Translations under genes and position numbers: made by a program | The notes under the pieces: model-generated | What the model saw: the letters and a program-made list of their open reading frames with translations, nothing else | Databases searched by the model: none | Told to the model about the DNA's origin: nothing | Shown: piece by piece, positions 1 to 11,197 of the stretch | Position numbering within the stretch: the stretch's first letter is position 1 | Layout: each line of letters opens with the position of its first letter | From: Malacoraja senta | Lineage: Eukaryota | NCBI GenBank assembly: GCA_038087875.1 | Contig: JAXLNO010000573.1 | Location: 310,001 to 350,293 of the forward strand | Reading direction: 5' to 3' | DNA length: 40,293 nucleotides

Positions 1-72
1 TGGTGTAATTCAGTGGGTCAGGCAGCATCTCTGGAGAAAAGGAATAGTTTTTCGAGACCCATGAAGGTTCTC
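1..72 (-). mobile_element. Penelope-like element terminal-repeat fragment (cut by window edge)
   Basis: GTAATTCAGTGGGTCAGGCAGCATCTCTGGAGAAAAGGAATAG...GAGACCC matches the other Penelope terminal-repeat copies in the window (18302, 28981). Confidence 0.7.
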
Positions 73-197
73 ACCTTGAACACCATCTACTTATTCTAAT
101 TGGAAAAGCTTAATGACTTATCAGAGCAGATTTTATTAAGAAAGTTGATGCTCAAAACATTGGTAAATGAATAAATGTAATATGAACACATTCTGCT

Positions 198-251
198 GGG
201 ATGGAAGATTGCAACCTTCATGTGGTCCGCCCTGTTTCGACTAATGCAATC
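198..251 (+). ncRNA. Putative minimal HDV-like (CPEB3-type) self-cleaving ribozyme, copy 1
   Basis: P1 GGGATGG(198-204)/CCGCCCT(227-233) with G1.U wobble and one A.C mismatch; P2 GATTGCA(207-213)/TGCAATC(245-251); P3 ACC/GGT; L3 TTCATGT; GT, then TTCGA in place of P4; J4/2 CTAA with catalytic-C equivalent at 241. Confidence 0.7.
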
Positions 252-335
252 AACTCGACGTGCACAAACGGAAGATCAAATAGAACAAGTTGTCCAAAAA
301 CTTTAGGCTGTGCACGCCACAAGAAAGAAGAAGAA
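198..335 (+). mobile_element. Short non-autonomous non-LTR retroposon (~140 bp) with 5' HDV-like ribozyme, 3' stem-loop and (AAG)n tail, copy 1
   Basis: 16-bp direct repeat GAACACATTCTGCTGG at 184-199 and 336-351 (TSD; last GG overlaps the element start); AAG-repeat tail 321-335; homologous copy at 28694-28833. Confidence 0.85.
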
Positions 336-1409
336 GAACACATTCTGCTGGTATTAAGCACTCTTATACAGTTGACTACTTGCAAAAAAAAAGCCAAACA
401 GAAGAAAACAAGCATATGAAAACACCACTTTTCATTTCAGAGTTCAAAATCAATTTTTTCTTCAGCTATGGTCAAACAGCCATTCTTGACAATAAGCAAC
501 TAAACTTAGTTTGTTATCAGTCACTGAGTTGAACGTGAGAAATGTAATATGCCACAATTTAACAGTTAACCAATGTATACAGCCTGGCTAGTAAGTTCTC
601 CAAGGGTTTCTTGTACTGAAGATTGAAATGATCTTGCAAGCACTTTATCAAAGATGTTCAGTGCAAGTTTTTTTCTGCTATTAGAAGCAACATCTGCAAC
701 ATTGTGTTCCACAGGGAAGGAGATAATGTTAACAAATTGAGATTTTTTTTCCCTTTATAACATACAGAAATATCGAACAAAACGCCATCCACATAAAATA
801 TGCATTTTCAAGTTTCTAAATGAGGATTAATAATGTTTTTGTCATTAACTCCCATGGTAAACAAACAAAATGTTGTGTTATAGCTGAAATATAATCTCAG
901 CATATTAGGTATGCAGTGCCGCAGCTGGTATATGCTCTGTTACATGACGTAACTGCTCATATCTAATTATGACTACTTAACTAAATCACATGATTCCCCA
1001 TAGGAAAGTAAAGCACTTGTGAGTTTGCAGCTGCAAAACCAAGAAAAACAATTGATTGGTGTGAGAAGAGTTTTATAATCTCACCATCAAAAATAGAGGT
1101 TTCTCCATGTAAACAGAGGATCTCATATTAATCATTCCATTTAAACATAAACATGAGTAATACGGTGGAAGATTGTAGTACCCTTCATAAAAAGGGCTAA
1201 GGCAATTGCCAAATGCAAATTGACTGAAAGATTAGGAGATTTTACATTCTGTGCAAATGCAAACAAAAATCAGTTCTGCTTTCGAGTAATGCCTTTTTAT
1301 AGGAGAAAGCAGATGTTAATAAAAGGATAAAAGAAACAAAGGCTTTTCAGTGAGAACAGAACATGACGTATTTATATACTTTTGAACCCCAATCACTTTT
1401 CCAAAACAG

Positions 1410-1715
1410 GAAATGCTGCAGCCAATTTGCAAACAGCTCCGCCCCATTTACAGCAATCTGGCTGATAAAACCAGATAGTCAGCTGGGGAATATTCTCCAA
1501 TGGATAAATATTAACTAGAGCGCACGGAAGATCTTTCTGGTTTAAACCCAAGATAATACCATTGGATCTTTTGCATCCACCTGAGGATCCAGAGCAAATG
1601 CTTATACAAAATAGGCACCAATGATGGGGTTCCTTGATACCACAATGATGTGTGAGCTTGCATCATGATTTAATATCTCTGCAGTGAGATCTACTTAAAG
1701 CTACCACCAAGCCAC
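1410..1715 (-). mobile_element. Degenerate DeuSINE (SacSINE1/AmnSINE1-like)
   Basis: Blocks GCAGCCAATTTGCAAACAGC, CCAGATA, GGATAAATATT, CCATTGGATCTTTTGCATCCACCTGAG, GCTACCACCAAGCCAC in the order of the recalled Deu-domain consensus. Confidence 0.55.
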
Positions 1716-1779
1716 AACCAAAGCAATGCAAAACCAGACAGGCACAATAATAAAACAACTGATCTTAATATTAATAATA

Positions 1780-2150
1780 ATTTTTATTCACTTATTGTCG
1801 AGATGTGGAATCAACTGTGGGGTCTGGCATTTACAACCGTAAGGAGGTAATGGATGTTCTTTCCTTTACTTTGATAAGCCAGATTTGGCATTTCAGGGAA
1901 CAGTTTGTTTGGAGTCATGCATAAGCAAATGGCAGGTTTCCTTTCCTAAAGGATATTGGTGAATAATAATTGTATTTTATGGGAATTTGAGCATTTTGTG
2001 CTTTTGAGAAAGTTGATTTTAAGTTGCAGATTTTTTTGCTGCTGAATTTAAATTCATAGAAAACCATGATGGGATTTGAACTCATTGGATTATTCTCTGG
2101 ATTATTAGTCCAAGCCTCTTGATTATTAATCCAATAATGTGGCTGCAATG
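1780..2150 (-). mobile_element. Old tRNA-derived SINE with CR1-like tail; donor of the 2700-3061 templated insertion
   Basis: B-box-like GAGTTCAAATCCCA on the minus strand (2069-2082); T-rich end at ~1780 resembling the 3' end of the old CR1-group LINE at 5500. Confidence 0.5.
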
Positions 2151-2269
2151 CATTGTATGTAACTGAAGAATCTGTTGTTTGGGGTCTGTAGTTGTTAATG
2201 AAGACCAACATTTATTCATGTACTTTCCCACTGGGTACCAATTTGATAAAAGACACCAGTCCATATCTG

Positions 2270-2352
2270 AGCCTGAAGAAGGGTCCCAGACCAAAACGTC
2301 ACTTATCCATGTGCTCAAAGGATGCTGCCTAACATGCTGAGTTACTCCAGCA
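2270..2352 (+). mobile_element. Penelope-like terminal-repeat fragment with decayed hammerhead core
   Basis: CTGAAGAAGGGTCCCAGACCAAAACGTCAC...GATGCTGCCT...GCTGAGTTACTCCAGCA. Confidence 0.75.
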
Positions 2353-2699
2353 AATGGGCAGTTATCCAGTTGCTAAGGAAGATAAGGGTATTGGCCCAGG
2401 CGCTAAGTCCTAGTTTCATGTCCTCTGAGACAAGCAACTTCACTCAGTTGCCTCCAATTTAATCATATTGGACAAAAAGGCTAAGACCTCCCAGTTCTGA
2501 GATCCAACCATCAAGGCTCATTTTCTACAGCTCTACTCTTGATAGCAAAAAACAAAGGGCTGGAAGATCTGAACTGATCCAGCAGCATCTGTGGAGGGAA
2601 ATAGGCAGATGATGCCTTGCTTCTTCATACTTCTATTTTCAACAGTATGTCCGAGGTCCTTAATCTTCCTACTTGGCCCTTCCCATTGGTTCCTAATCA

Positions 2700-3061
2700 C
2701 GTCTGATATTTACAACCATATGGAGGTAATGGACGTTCTTTCCTTTACTTTGACAAGCTTGATTTGGCATTTCAGGGGTAAATTTGAACATTTTGTGCTT
2801 TTGAGAAAATCCCATGCTGGTTTTCTATGAATTTAAATTCAGCGGCAAAAAATTCTGCAACTTAAAATCAACTCTCAAAAGCACAAAATGCTCAAATTCC
2901 CATAAAATACAATTATTATTCACCAATATCCCTTAGGAAAGGAAATCTGCCATTTACTTATGCATGACTCCAAACAAACTGCCCCCTGAAATGCCAAATC
3001 AAGCATCAATATAAAGGAAAGTACGTCCATTACCTCCTTACGGTTGTAAATGTCAGACATG
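2700..3061. repeat. Locally templated fold-back insertion: inverted copy of 1822-2077 plus a partial direct copy, flanked by a 15-bp direct repeat
   Basis: 2807-3058 is the reverse complement of 1822-2077; 2701-2807 repeats 1822-1888 joined to ~1984-2010; ATTGGTTCCTAATCA at 2685-2699 and 3062-3076. Confidence 0.9.
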
Positions 3062-3124
3062 ATTGGTTCCTAATCATAGACTCCTCTACAGTTCATATTG
3101 CAGTCATCACTTAACTTGAAATGG

Positions 3125-3352
3125 TGAGAGTTGTGAATCTGTGGAATTCTCTGCCACGGAAGGCAGTGGAGGCCAATTCACTGGATGTTTTCAAGTGAGA
3201 GTTGGATTTAGCTCTGAGGGCTAAAGGGATATGGGGAAAAAGCAGGAACAGGGTACTGATTTTTGGATGATCAGCTGTGATAATATTGAATGCCTCGAAG
3301 GGCCGAATGGCCTAATCCTGCACCTATTTTTCTATGTTTCTATGTTTCTATG
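3125..3352 (+). mobile_element. CR1 (HER1-type) LINE 3' end
   Basis: Encodes RVVNLWNSLPRKAVEA, the CR1 ORF2 C-terminal motif; (TTTCTATG)n tail. Confidence 0.9.
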
Positions 3353-3869
3353 AGATTGAATTTGTTAAGAATTCTCCAGTCGTGTCATCGATTATTAAGA
3401 TAATTGTAACCCCCCCCATATTTTGGACTTCCACCCCAATCTCTGCAAGAGCCCATCCTTAATTTAAATGCAATCTAATAAAACCATACAATTAAGAAAC
3501 TCAACAAGATATCCAATATTTTAAAGTGTAATTGGGAACAAAATTTTAAACAAGGAATGTTGCTTCTAATAGATGCATATACAGTAAATAAGTGATTTCA
3601 CTCTGGAATAAGATCCACTTCTGTATTTCAATTGAAACAATGTTAAAAGAATTGATTTCTGTCCAAAATGTTTAATTTCCCTTTAGTGTCTGAGTTATTT
3701 TGGCTGCCTTCCAACATTAAGAAATGTATTATGTCTTACATAATTCTATTTTTATGGAGACATGTGGTTGACCCTGAACATTAATGTCTTCACCACAATT
3801 ATATATTATTGGTAGATATGCAATCTCTCAAAACCTAAATCAAAATTGATCCTGGTTAACATTTGTTCT

Positions 3870-4012
3870 TCAGTGAACTTCACTAAAACAGATTATCTGG
3901 TCATTATTTTGCTGCTGCTTATGGCCTCTGTCTCTGCACAATTTGATTGCCGTGCTTCTTGTGTTACAAAATCCATTAATTGGAGTCCTGTTGAAGTTAT
4001 GAAAGATGTTAT
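3870..4012 (+). mobile_element. DeuSINE (SacSINE1-like) 3' fragment
   Basis: CACTAAAACAGATTATCTGGTCATTAT...TGCACAATTTGATTGCC matches the recalled Deu-domain consensus and the opposite strand of the 1410-1715 copy. Confidence 0.55.
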
Positions 4013-4537
4013 CTGAATTCCCACTGATAAAATAATAATGTGGTACCACATTGTACCACATTGTAAATACAAATATACACTGGTACCCCTCTTGGTGCTA
4101 ACCTGCAGACCGCTAATTTATTTAAGCACTCATGGTCTTCTGCTTTAAACATTCACAGGTATATACTCCAGCAGAACATTATTAGAAGCATTTTCTTGGG
4201 CTTCATACCATATGCTGTTGTGCTGGGAATGAAACGTAAATCCCTACCACCACCTGGCTGTATGCCGCACGTTATTTAATTCCATTTCTGCTTTTAATCT
4301 GGAAACACATCCTGTACGCTTAGAGGCATACCAGTGTGATTCAGGATGTCACATTGGAATAAAGTTAGATAATTAGATGCACCACTTAACATCGTGGGAG
4401 GGAACAGAATTAATTGAAAGAACAAGAATGTGGCTTTGGTTAGGTTGGGCATTTCTGGTTGCATAATATTCTGCAAGGACAAACCTAAAGTACAGGGAAG
4501 AGGTGGCAGTACGAATTGGAGATTGTACTGCAGCTCA

Positions 4538-4800
4538 GCAATAGACAATAGACAATAGGTGCAGGAGTAGGCCATTCGGAACTTCGAGCTAGCACCACCA
4601 TTCAATGTGATCATGGCTAATCATCCCCAATCAGTACCCCGTTCCTGCCTTCTCCCCATATCCCCTGCCTCCACTATCTTTAAGAGCCCTATCTAGCTCT
4701 CTCTTGAAAGTATCCAGAGAACCGGCCTCCACCACCCTCTGAGGCAGAGAATTCCACAGACTCACAACTCTCTGTGAGAAAAAGTGTTTCCTCGTCTCCG
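4538..4800 (-). mobile_element. CR1 (HER1-type) LINE 3' end
   Basis: ORF 4631-4864 contains RKHFFSQRVVSLWNSLPQRVVEAGSLDTFKRELD; (CTATTGT)n tail on the minus strand. Confidence 0.9.
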
Positions 4801-5499
4801 GGGATGGGGATGATATAGGAGATGGCACAAGAAACAAGTTATTTTGTTGAAAATAAGAAAACAAATTGATCCTCTATTGGGTGCACGCAATGGATTGCTG
4901 AGCAGCGGAAAGGAAATACAAAAATTTAAAAGTTATAAAAAAATTCAAGAATTACTGTTTATTTGTAGTGGCTGACTTGAACTATCTAAGAATATATTGA
5001 GCAAAGAGTATGTGGCAAACAAGGGAAAGCCAACATAATTACATTCATGACATTTTTATATGAAATAAGATTATTCTACAAGGAACCAAGTCCCTATTTG
5101 ACCCTCGCCAGTCAAATCTCCTCTCTTGCCAAAAAAATTAATTAATTGTCATGAATAACATTTTTTGTGACTCTGGGGTATTCCTCCCCCATCTTCTTGA
5201 AACAATCCACAAATTTTAACATGATTGACTATACCACTCTTCAGCTGTCCCACTTTCCTCTCCAGCTGTTTCCTTTCCATTCCTTTCCTGTGTTTATGTC
5301 GATCTGGCTTCATAGCCCCTATGCATCTTACACCGATAAAATATTTCAAAGAAGTAACATTAGGTTCCAAAAGTAACTTGACTGCACCAAGTTCCAAATG
5401 TACTGTAACTGCACCTCATCACCTTGCTTGATCATACATTGCTTTCTTGTTTTGTGAGATTATTCATCTTCAGTTACAGTAATATAGTATTTTCTTCTA

Positions 5500-7050
5500 T
5501 TTTTTTATTTGGGGGGGGGGATCTGGGCATCAATAGCATTGCCAATATTTATCCCAAATTGGCCTTGGGCAGATGGGGATGAACTAACTCCATGGATCAC
5601 TGCAGCCTTCCTGGTGGGGATATTCCCACCGTGCAGTTGAGTACGATTTACAGGATTTGGACCTAGCAATTATGGAGAGCCGGCGATATATTTTCAAATC
5701 AATAGTATACATTTAGGAGGGAACCTACAAGTGGTGGTAGTTCCATGCCCTTGTCCTTCTTGCTGATGGAGGGTTTAGGAGGTGCTACCAGATTACCCTG
5801 GGCGAGTTGCTGAAGTAGACTTCATGGAGATGATGCACATTTCAGCCTCTATGAGCCAGGGCTAAGCAATGAAGGTATTGGGTGGCAGAAGACATGCCGA
5901 TCAAGCAGGCTTGGATGTTGTTATTAGAGCTCCACTCATCCAGGCAAGTAGAGAGGAATCCACCGTGCTCCTGACTTCTGATTGTAGGCGGTGGTCAGGA
6001 ACTGGATAATTTACCACAGGATACCCAGCCTCTGACTTGTTCTTCTTTTCAGGCTACTGATATGGCTGATCTAGTTACCTTCTTGGTCATTGGACACTCT
6101 CAGGTTAATGGTTGGATGGTGAGCAAGAGTAACGCTATTGAATGTCTCTATTTGGAGATGGACATTGTGTGATTCTTGTGTGGGATAAATCCATTCTGCC
6201 AGTTAACACCCCAGGCCTAAATTATACCCATGGCTCTTGTAACATGCAGGCTCGGAATGCTTCAATTGTGCAATCGTTGGCAAACATCTCACTTCTGACC
6301 TTATGATGGAAGGAACATCTGTGATGAAGGAGCTGCAGATGGTTGTGCCTCCAAAACCAGTTTGAAGAATTCCTGCAGTGAAGTCCAGGAGTTGGGATGA
6401 TTGGCAAACAACCACAATCATCTTTCATTGTGCAAGGTTTCAAGGTTTCAAGGTTCAAGGTTCAAGGTTCAAGGTCAGTTTATTATCACAGTTTATTGTT
6501 TTACTCTAACTGTAAGAATGCTTTCTCTAGATGCCTATTGCCTTTAGATTTATCACAGCTCCTTGATGCCACAATCAGTTAAGTACAGTTTGAAGGGCAA
6601 GGGCACTCACCCTTACCTCACCTCTGGAATCCAGCTCTTATTCCATGTTGGATCAAGACGGGAATAAGGTCCAAGTCGAGTCTTAGTGAAATCCAAACTG
6701 GGCAGTGGTGAGTAGCTTATTGTGGAGTAGGTGCTGCTTGTTAGCACCATAAATGGCATTTTATATTACGCTGCTGATGACTGAGTGGTAATTAGCCAAA
6801 TTAGATTTGTCTTGCTTTTTGTGTAAAGGACATACCTGAGCAATTTTGCAAATTGTCAAGTAGATGTCATTAGTATTATAGGCAGCTTAACTTGAAGCAC
6901 TGAAATTCAAATCTAGAGCAGGGATGTATCTGGCTTCATGGCCTTTGCTGGGTCAAGTGAGTTGAATTGGCTGAAGACTAGCTTCTGTGACGGCAGGAAT
7001 CTCAGGAGGAAGTTGAGATGGCTCATTTATTTGGCAATAACATAAAGGAC
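5500..7050 (-). mobile_element. Old CR1-group LINE: degraded RT region and 3' end
   Basis: Frameshifted RT motifs FITDVPSIIRSEV / MFANDCT (FADD box) at 6270-6340; collinear homologue at 35810-37135. Confidence 0.75.
6434..6490 (-). repeat. (TTGAACC)n tail-only insertion of a severely 5'-truncated retroposon inside the old LINE
   Basis: CAAGGTT repeated several times, followed by TTTATTATCACA (TGTGATAATAAA plus tail on the minus strand); similar tail at 30580-30592. Confidence 0.6.
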
Positions 7051-7124
7051 CAGTATGAAGAGGCTTTGACTATTGATCTGGAGAAATGTTTGAATCCTAA
7101 CATGAGGAATTTAAATGCAAGTAA

Positions 7125-7768
7125 TGCGCTTGTCCCACTCAGGTAATTTTTCAGGCAACTGCCGGGGACTGTCAAGTTGCCAGCAGTCGCCTGAAAAACC
7201 GGCAACTGGAACGGCGACTGTCAGAGTGGAACACACAAACACATCACTTCCTTCACCAGCCCACTATGCAGGCGGGGAACAGAGCAAGCAAGGGGAGTGC
7301 TGTCTGAGTGAAATTCACACGGCGCAAAGCCAATGTGATACACGGCTGTGAAGCTTGGCAGACATTAACATTACCGGTCGGTTATCCTTGGTTCTGAAAT
7401 CTACTGCTTATGTTTTTTTGTCCAATGAGCCGATGAAATTCACCGGTAAGCACCGGCTAAAACTTACGAGAACCTAATAGATCCTTCGACCTCCTGGCAA
7501 CCCACTAGGACCTCCTGGCGACCCACCTACGGCACGAGAATTCTCGCTACTATCCATGGCGGCTTCATTCTAGTCGCCGCTAATTTTTCAACATGTTGAA
7601 AAATTTGCGGCGACCATAATGAGGCCGCGACCAGTTCCCAGAATGCGAGAACTCCTCACGACCATGAAGGCGACTCCACGGCAACCACCCGCGAACATGT
7701 GGCGACCATGTGGCGACTGCATGGTCTCCTGCAGTCGCCTAAAATGTCGCCTAAATGGGACAGGCCCA
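7125..7768. mobile_element. PIF/Harbinger-type MITE (644 bp)
   Basis: Imperfect ~37-bp TIRs (TGCGCTTGTCCCACTCAGG... / ...CCTAAATGGGACAGGCCCA); TAA TSD at 7122-7124 and 7769-7771; repeated GGCGAC/GTCGCC motifs; no transposase ORF. Confidence 0.85.
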
Positions 7769-7949
7769 TAATCATGTGACAAAAAATAAGAAGCAAGAAA
7801 TAATAACAACGACTTCAAAGCTATTTGATTGTTGTTCAATCCCACCCGGGCCATTAATGTCTGTCAGTGAAAGATACTTGCCATTTCTGCCTGGTCTTTC
7901 CTAAATCACACATATTCCAGAGATATTGCAGCATGCTAAATTGTCAGAG

Positions 7950-8520
7950 AGGCACAGAGTCATACAGCATGGAACAGGGTCTTTCAGCCCATCATGATCA
8001 CACCAACTGGTGGTCACCCATCCGTATTAATCCCATCATCCAGCTCTTGGCCCATAGTCTTCAATGCCAAGGCCACTTGTGCTTGTCTAAATATCTTTTG
8101 AATACTATTAGTGACTTTGCTTCCACCACTGTCACTGGCCGCCCACTCCAGTTATCAAAATAGGTCTCCCTCAAACCCCCTGCAGATCTCTTTCCTTTTT
8201 GCCTAAATCCATGTTCTCCATGATAGTGGTGTTAAGAGGCTTAGGTAGGCACATGGTTATGCAGGGAATGAAGGGATATGGATCATGTGCAGGGAGATGG
8301 GATTAGTTTATCTTGGCATCATGATTGGCACAAAAAAGTGTGGGCTGAAGGGCCTATTCCTGTGCTGTATTTTTCTATCTTCTAGTTTTATTCACCTCTG
8401 ATAAAAGGAAAAGATTCCTAAAGCCTATCCTTTCAACACCCATCATAATTTTATATCTCAATCTTGTCACCACAAATTTCTTCTGCTCCAAGGCAAACAG
8501 ACCTAACTGTCCTTAAATGT
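7950..8520 (-). mobile_element. Degenerate CR1 3' end with a nested opposite-strand CR1 3' fragment (~8225-8375)
   Basis: ACAGCATGGAACAGGGTCTTTCAGCCCA end on the minus strand; GGGCTGAAGGGCCTATTCCTGTGCTGT end on the plus strand. Confidence 0.6.
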
Positions 8521-9281
8521 CCTTGTAACAGTCCTTGTAGTCCATTGTTCAGGCAGAAATTGGGGGTGGATGAAGATGTACAATAAATATGAAAAAGTAA
8601 AAACTCCAGTCTTACAAAGTTTCTCCAATGAACATGGGAAAGCTTGGTCCTGTAATAACAAATGCATCCATGCCATGGATACCACCTCGATCAACATTTC
8701 CACCCGTCAACCCACCATCCCTCCAGATTACGCAATTTCCAATCCCATCTTGGATTGGCAAAATACTTGTAGGTCTCATCATGCTCTTCAACTGAGTCAC
8801 TTACTTTGATCATAGCATTGCAATAGTGAGGATCATCATTCACAGTGTGGAACGTCCTGGTCGCCGAAAATTGTTTTTACTTTTTTGCGACTATCTGACC
8901 AGTAGAGGGAGTTGATAACAATAGAATCATCTAAAAGAACCTGTCCCAACAAGGATTATTACATTTCCTCCCCCTTAATTTGGACAAAACACTCATGTAT
9001 AAAGCAACAACAAAAAACACAATATTGACCCAGAACTATGTAACAAAGATTTAATTATATAGAAAGGCAATAATTCTGGTGGTGATCTTACTCACTGCAG
9101 ATGATGTAACTGAGTTTTCTGGAGCATCAACAGTCACTGGTGAAGTCTCTCTATGAAGCGAGTTCCCCGTCACTAAATCAGCTTCAGGGGTGAGTGAGAT
9201 GATTTCTCTTTCTAGAAAATCCTCATCTGGTTTATTTGAAAAGTGAAAAATACAATATTTTAGGTATTCCCAGAAAGATAT

Positions 9282-9570
9282 TGCATGAAACAGGCCCATC
9301 AGACCATATCAATTACCCATTTACACTAATCCTATATTATTCCCATTATCTATTCTCATCATATTCACACCAATTCCTCCAAGATTCTATTATTCACCTA
9401 CATACTGGGGGCAATTGATAGTAACCAATTAACCTACCAACTCGTATCTTCTTGGAATGTGGGTGGAAACTGAAAAACATGTAAGCTCCAGACAGACAGC
9501 ACCCAAGATCAGAATTGAACCTAGGTCACTGGAGTTGTGAGGTAGCAGCTCTACCATCTGCATTGCCACT
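9282..9570 (-). mobile_element. HE1-type V-SINE, degenerate
   Basis: tRNA-like head on the minus strand (ATGGTAGAGCTGCT...GGTTCAATTCTG) and HE1 body/tail motifs. Confidence 0.65.
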
Positions 9571-9899
9571 ATATGCACAAGGGAACTATCTGAGTGTGTT
9601 GTTCTGATCAAAATATTATAGTGGGATAGCTGGTCTTTTAGATGTCACATGTGGTTGAATGGGTAGAACTTTTATGTCTAGATTCATAGCGTGACAGCAT
9701 AGAAATGGGCTCTCGGATCCTACCATGCCTATCAGAACTTTTGCTCAACTACAATAAAGCATGTGCCTGCATTAGGACTGTATCCCTGTATGCCTTTCTT
9801 GATGACAGTCCATCATACAATGATTATTCAGACAAAAGTTGTGAAAACATCCCAATATTCTGAATATCAACTTTGTTGCAGATCATCCACTTCAAAATA

Positions 9900-10597
9900 G
9901 AAACATCGAAGAGACATAGAAAATAGGTGCAGGAGTAGGCCATTCGGCCCTTCGAGCCAGCACCGCCATTCAATATGATCATGACTGATCATCCAGAATC
10001 AGTACCCTGTTCCTGCTTTCTTCCCATATCCCTTGATTCCATTAGCCCTAAGAGTTATATCTAACTCTCTCTTGAATACATCCAGTGAATTGGCCTGCAT
10101 TGCCTTCTGTGGCAGAGAATTCCACAGATTCACAACTCTCTGGCTGAAAACGTTTTTCCTCATCGCAGTCCTAAATGGCCTACCCATTACAGGTAAAGAA
10201 TGTGACCCCTGCTTCTGGACTCCCCCAACATGTTGAACATTTTTCCTGCATCTAGCCTGTCCAATCCCTTAAAAATTGTATATGTTTCTATAAGATCTCC
10301 TCTCATCCTTCTAAATTCCAGTAAATATAAGCCCAGTCGATCCATTCTTTCATCATATGTCAGTCCCCCATCCCGGGAATTAATCTGGTGAACCTACGCT
10401 GCACTCCCTCAATAGCAAGAATGTCCTTCCTCAAATTAGGAGACCAAAACTGCACACAATTCTCCAGGTGTGGTCTCACCAGGGCCCTGTACAACTGCAG
10501 TAGGACCTCCTTGCTCCTATACTCAAATCCTCTCGCTATGAAGGCCAACATGCCATTGGCTTTCTTCACTGCCTGCTGTACTTGCATGCTTACTTTG
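9900..10597 (-). mobile_element. CR1 (HER1-type) LINE, 5'-truncated ORF2 C-terminus
   Basis: ORFs 10360-10587 (QAVKKANGMLAFIARGFEYRSKEVLLQLYRALVRPHLE..VQFWSP) and 9999-10187 (FSQRVVNLWNSLPQ). Confidence 0.93.
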
Positions 10598-10954
10598 AAC
10601 TCGTTACCTAAGATGTATCAATAACCTTTCATATGCAATGTTACATATCCTGTATTTGTATGACACCCATCTGCATTGCCTGCATGATATTGAATGCATG
10701 CTTGAAATTCAGCTTCCTTTCACTGAGCAACATCCACAGAGTACTCACACCAAGGACTCACAAACCAGGTCATTCTGCCACATCTCCTCCAAACCTGTAC
10801 TATATTCATTGTGTTCAACAATTCATCTCAAATTTGCGCAAAGAGTACAACAGATTTGTCTGGAACTTGATCCCAATTCATGGCACTTAGCCACATGACA
10901 AAAGGTGGGGTACTCACGCTGTTCAGTTAATTTTTACCTTGTCTGCACATCTGG

Positions 10955-11187
10955 ATGCCCGCAGCGGCGACTGCGGAGGGTTGAGGTCCTGACCACGGGG
11001 GGAAATGGAGGAGGACTGGCCAAATTTTGTGCCTTCCACCACAGTGATGAATGCTGTGGTGGATGTTTGTGTTACATTTTTAGTGTGTTTTTGTGTGTTC
11101 TTTTTCATTGTACCGCTGCTGGCAAATTCATTTCACTTGCACTTTATGTGCAAGTGACGAATAAAACTGATTGTATTGATTGTATTT
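10955..11187 (+). mobile_element. 3' fragment of the GC-rich ~750-bp non-autonomous retroposon family
   Basis: Shares CCTTCCACCACAGTGA...CTGTGGTGGATGTTT with the 11596, 27617 and 29866 copies; GACGAATAAAA plus ATTGT-type tail. Confidence 0.7.
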
Positions 11188-11197
11188 AATTAAATGA

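Noticed and set aside
201..419. 72-aa ORF whose start (EDCNLHVV.PVSTNAIN) recurs in ORF 28601-28804
   Set aside because: The similarity comes from the shared non-coding ribozyme-bearing repeat; the frames run into unrelated flanks
3870..4061. Possible terminal exon/ORF on the minus strand
   Set aside because: Coincides with a DeuSINE relic on the plus strand
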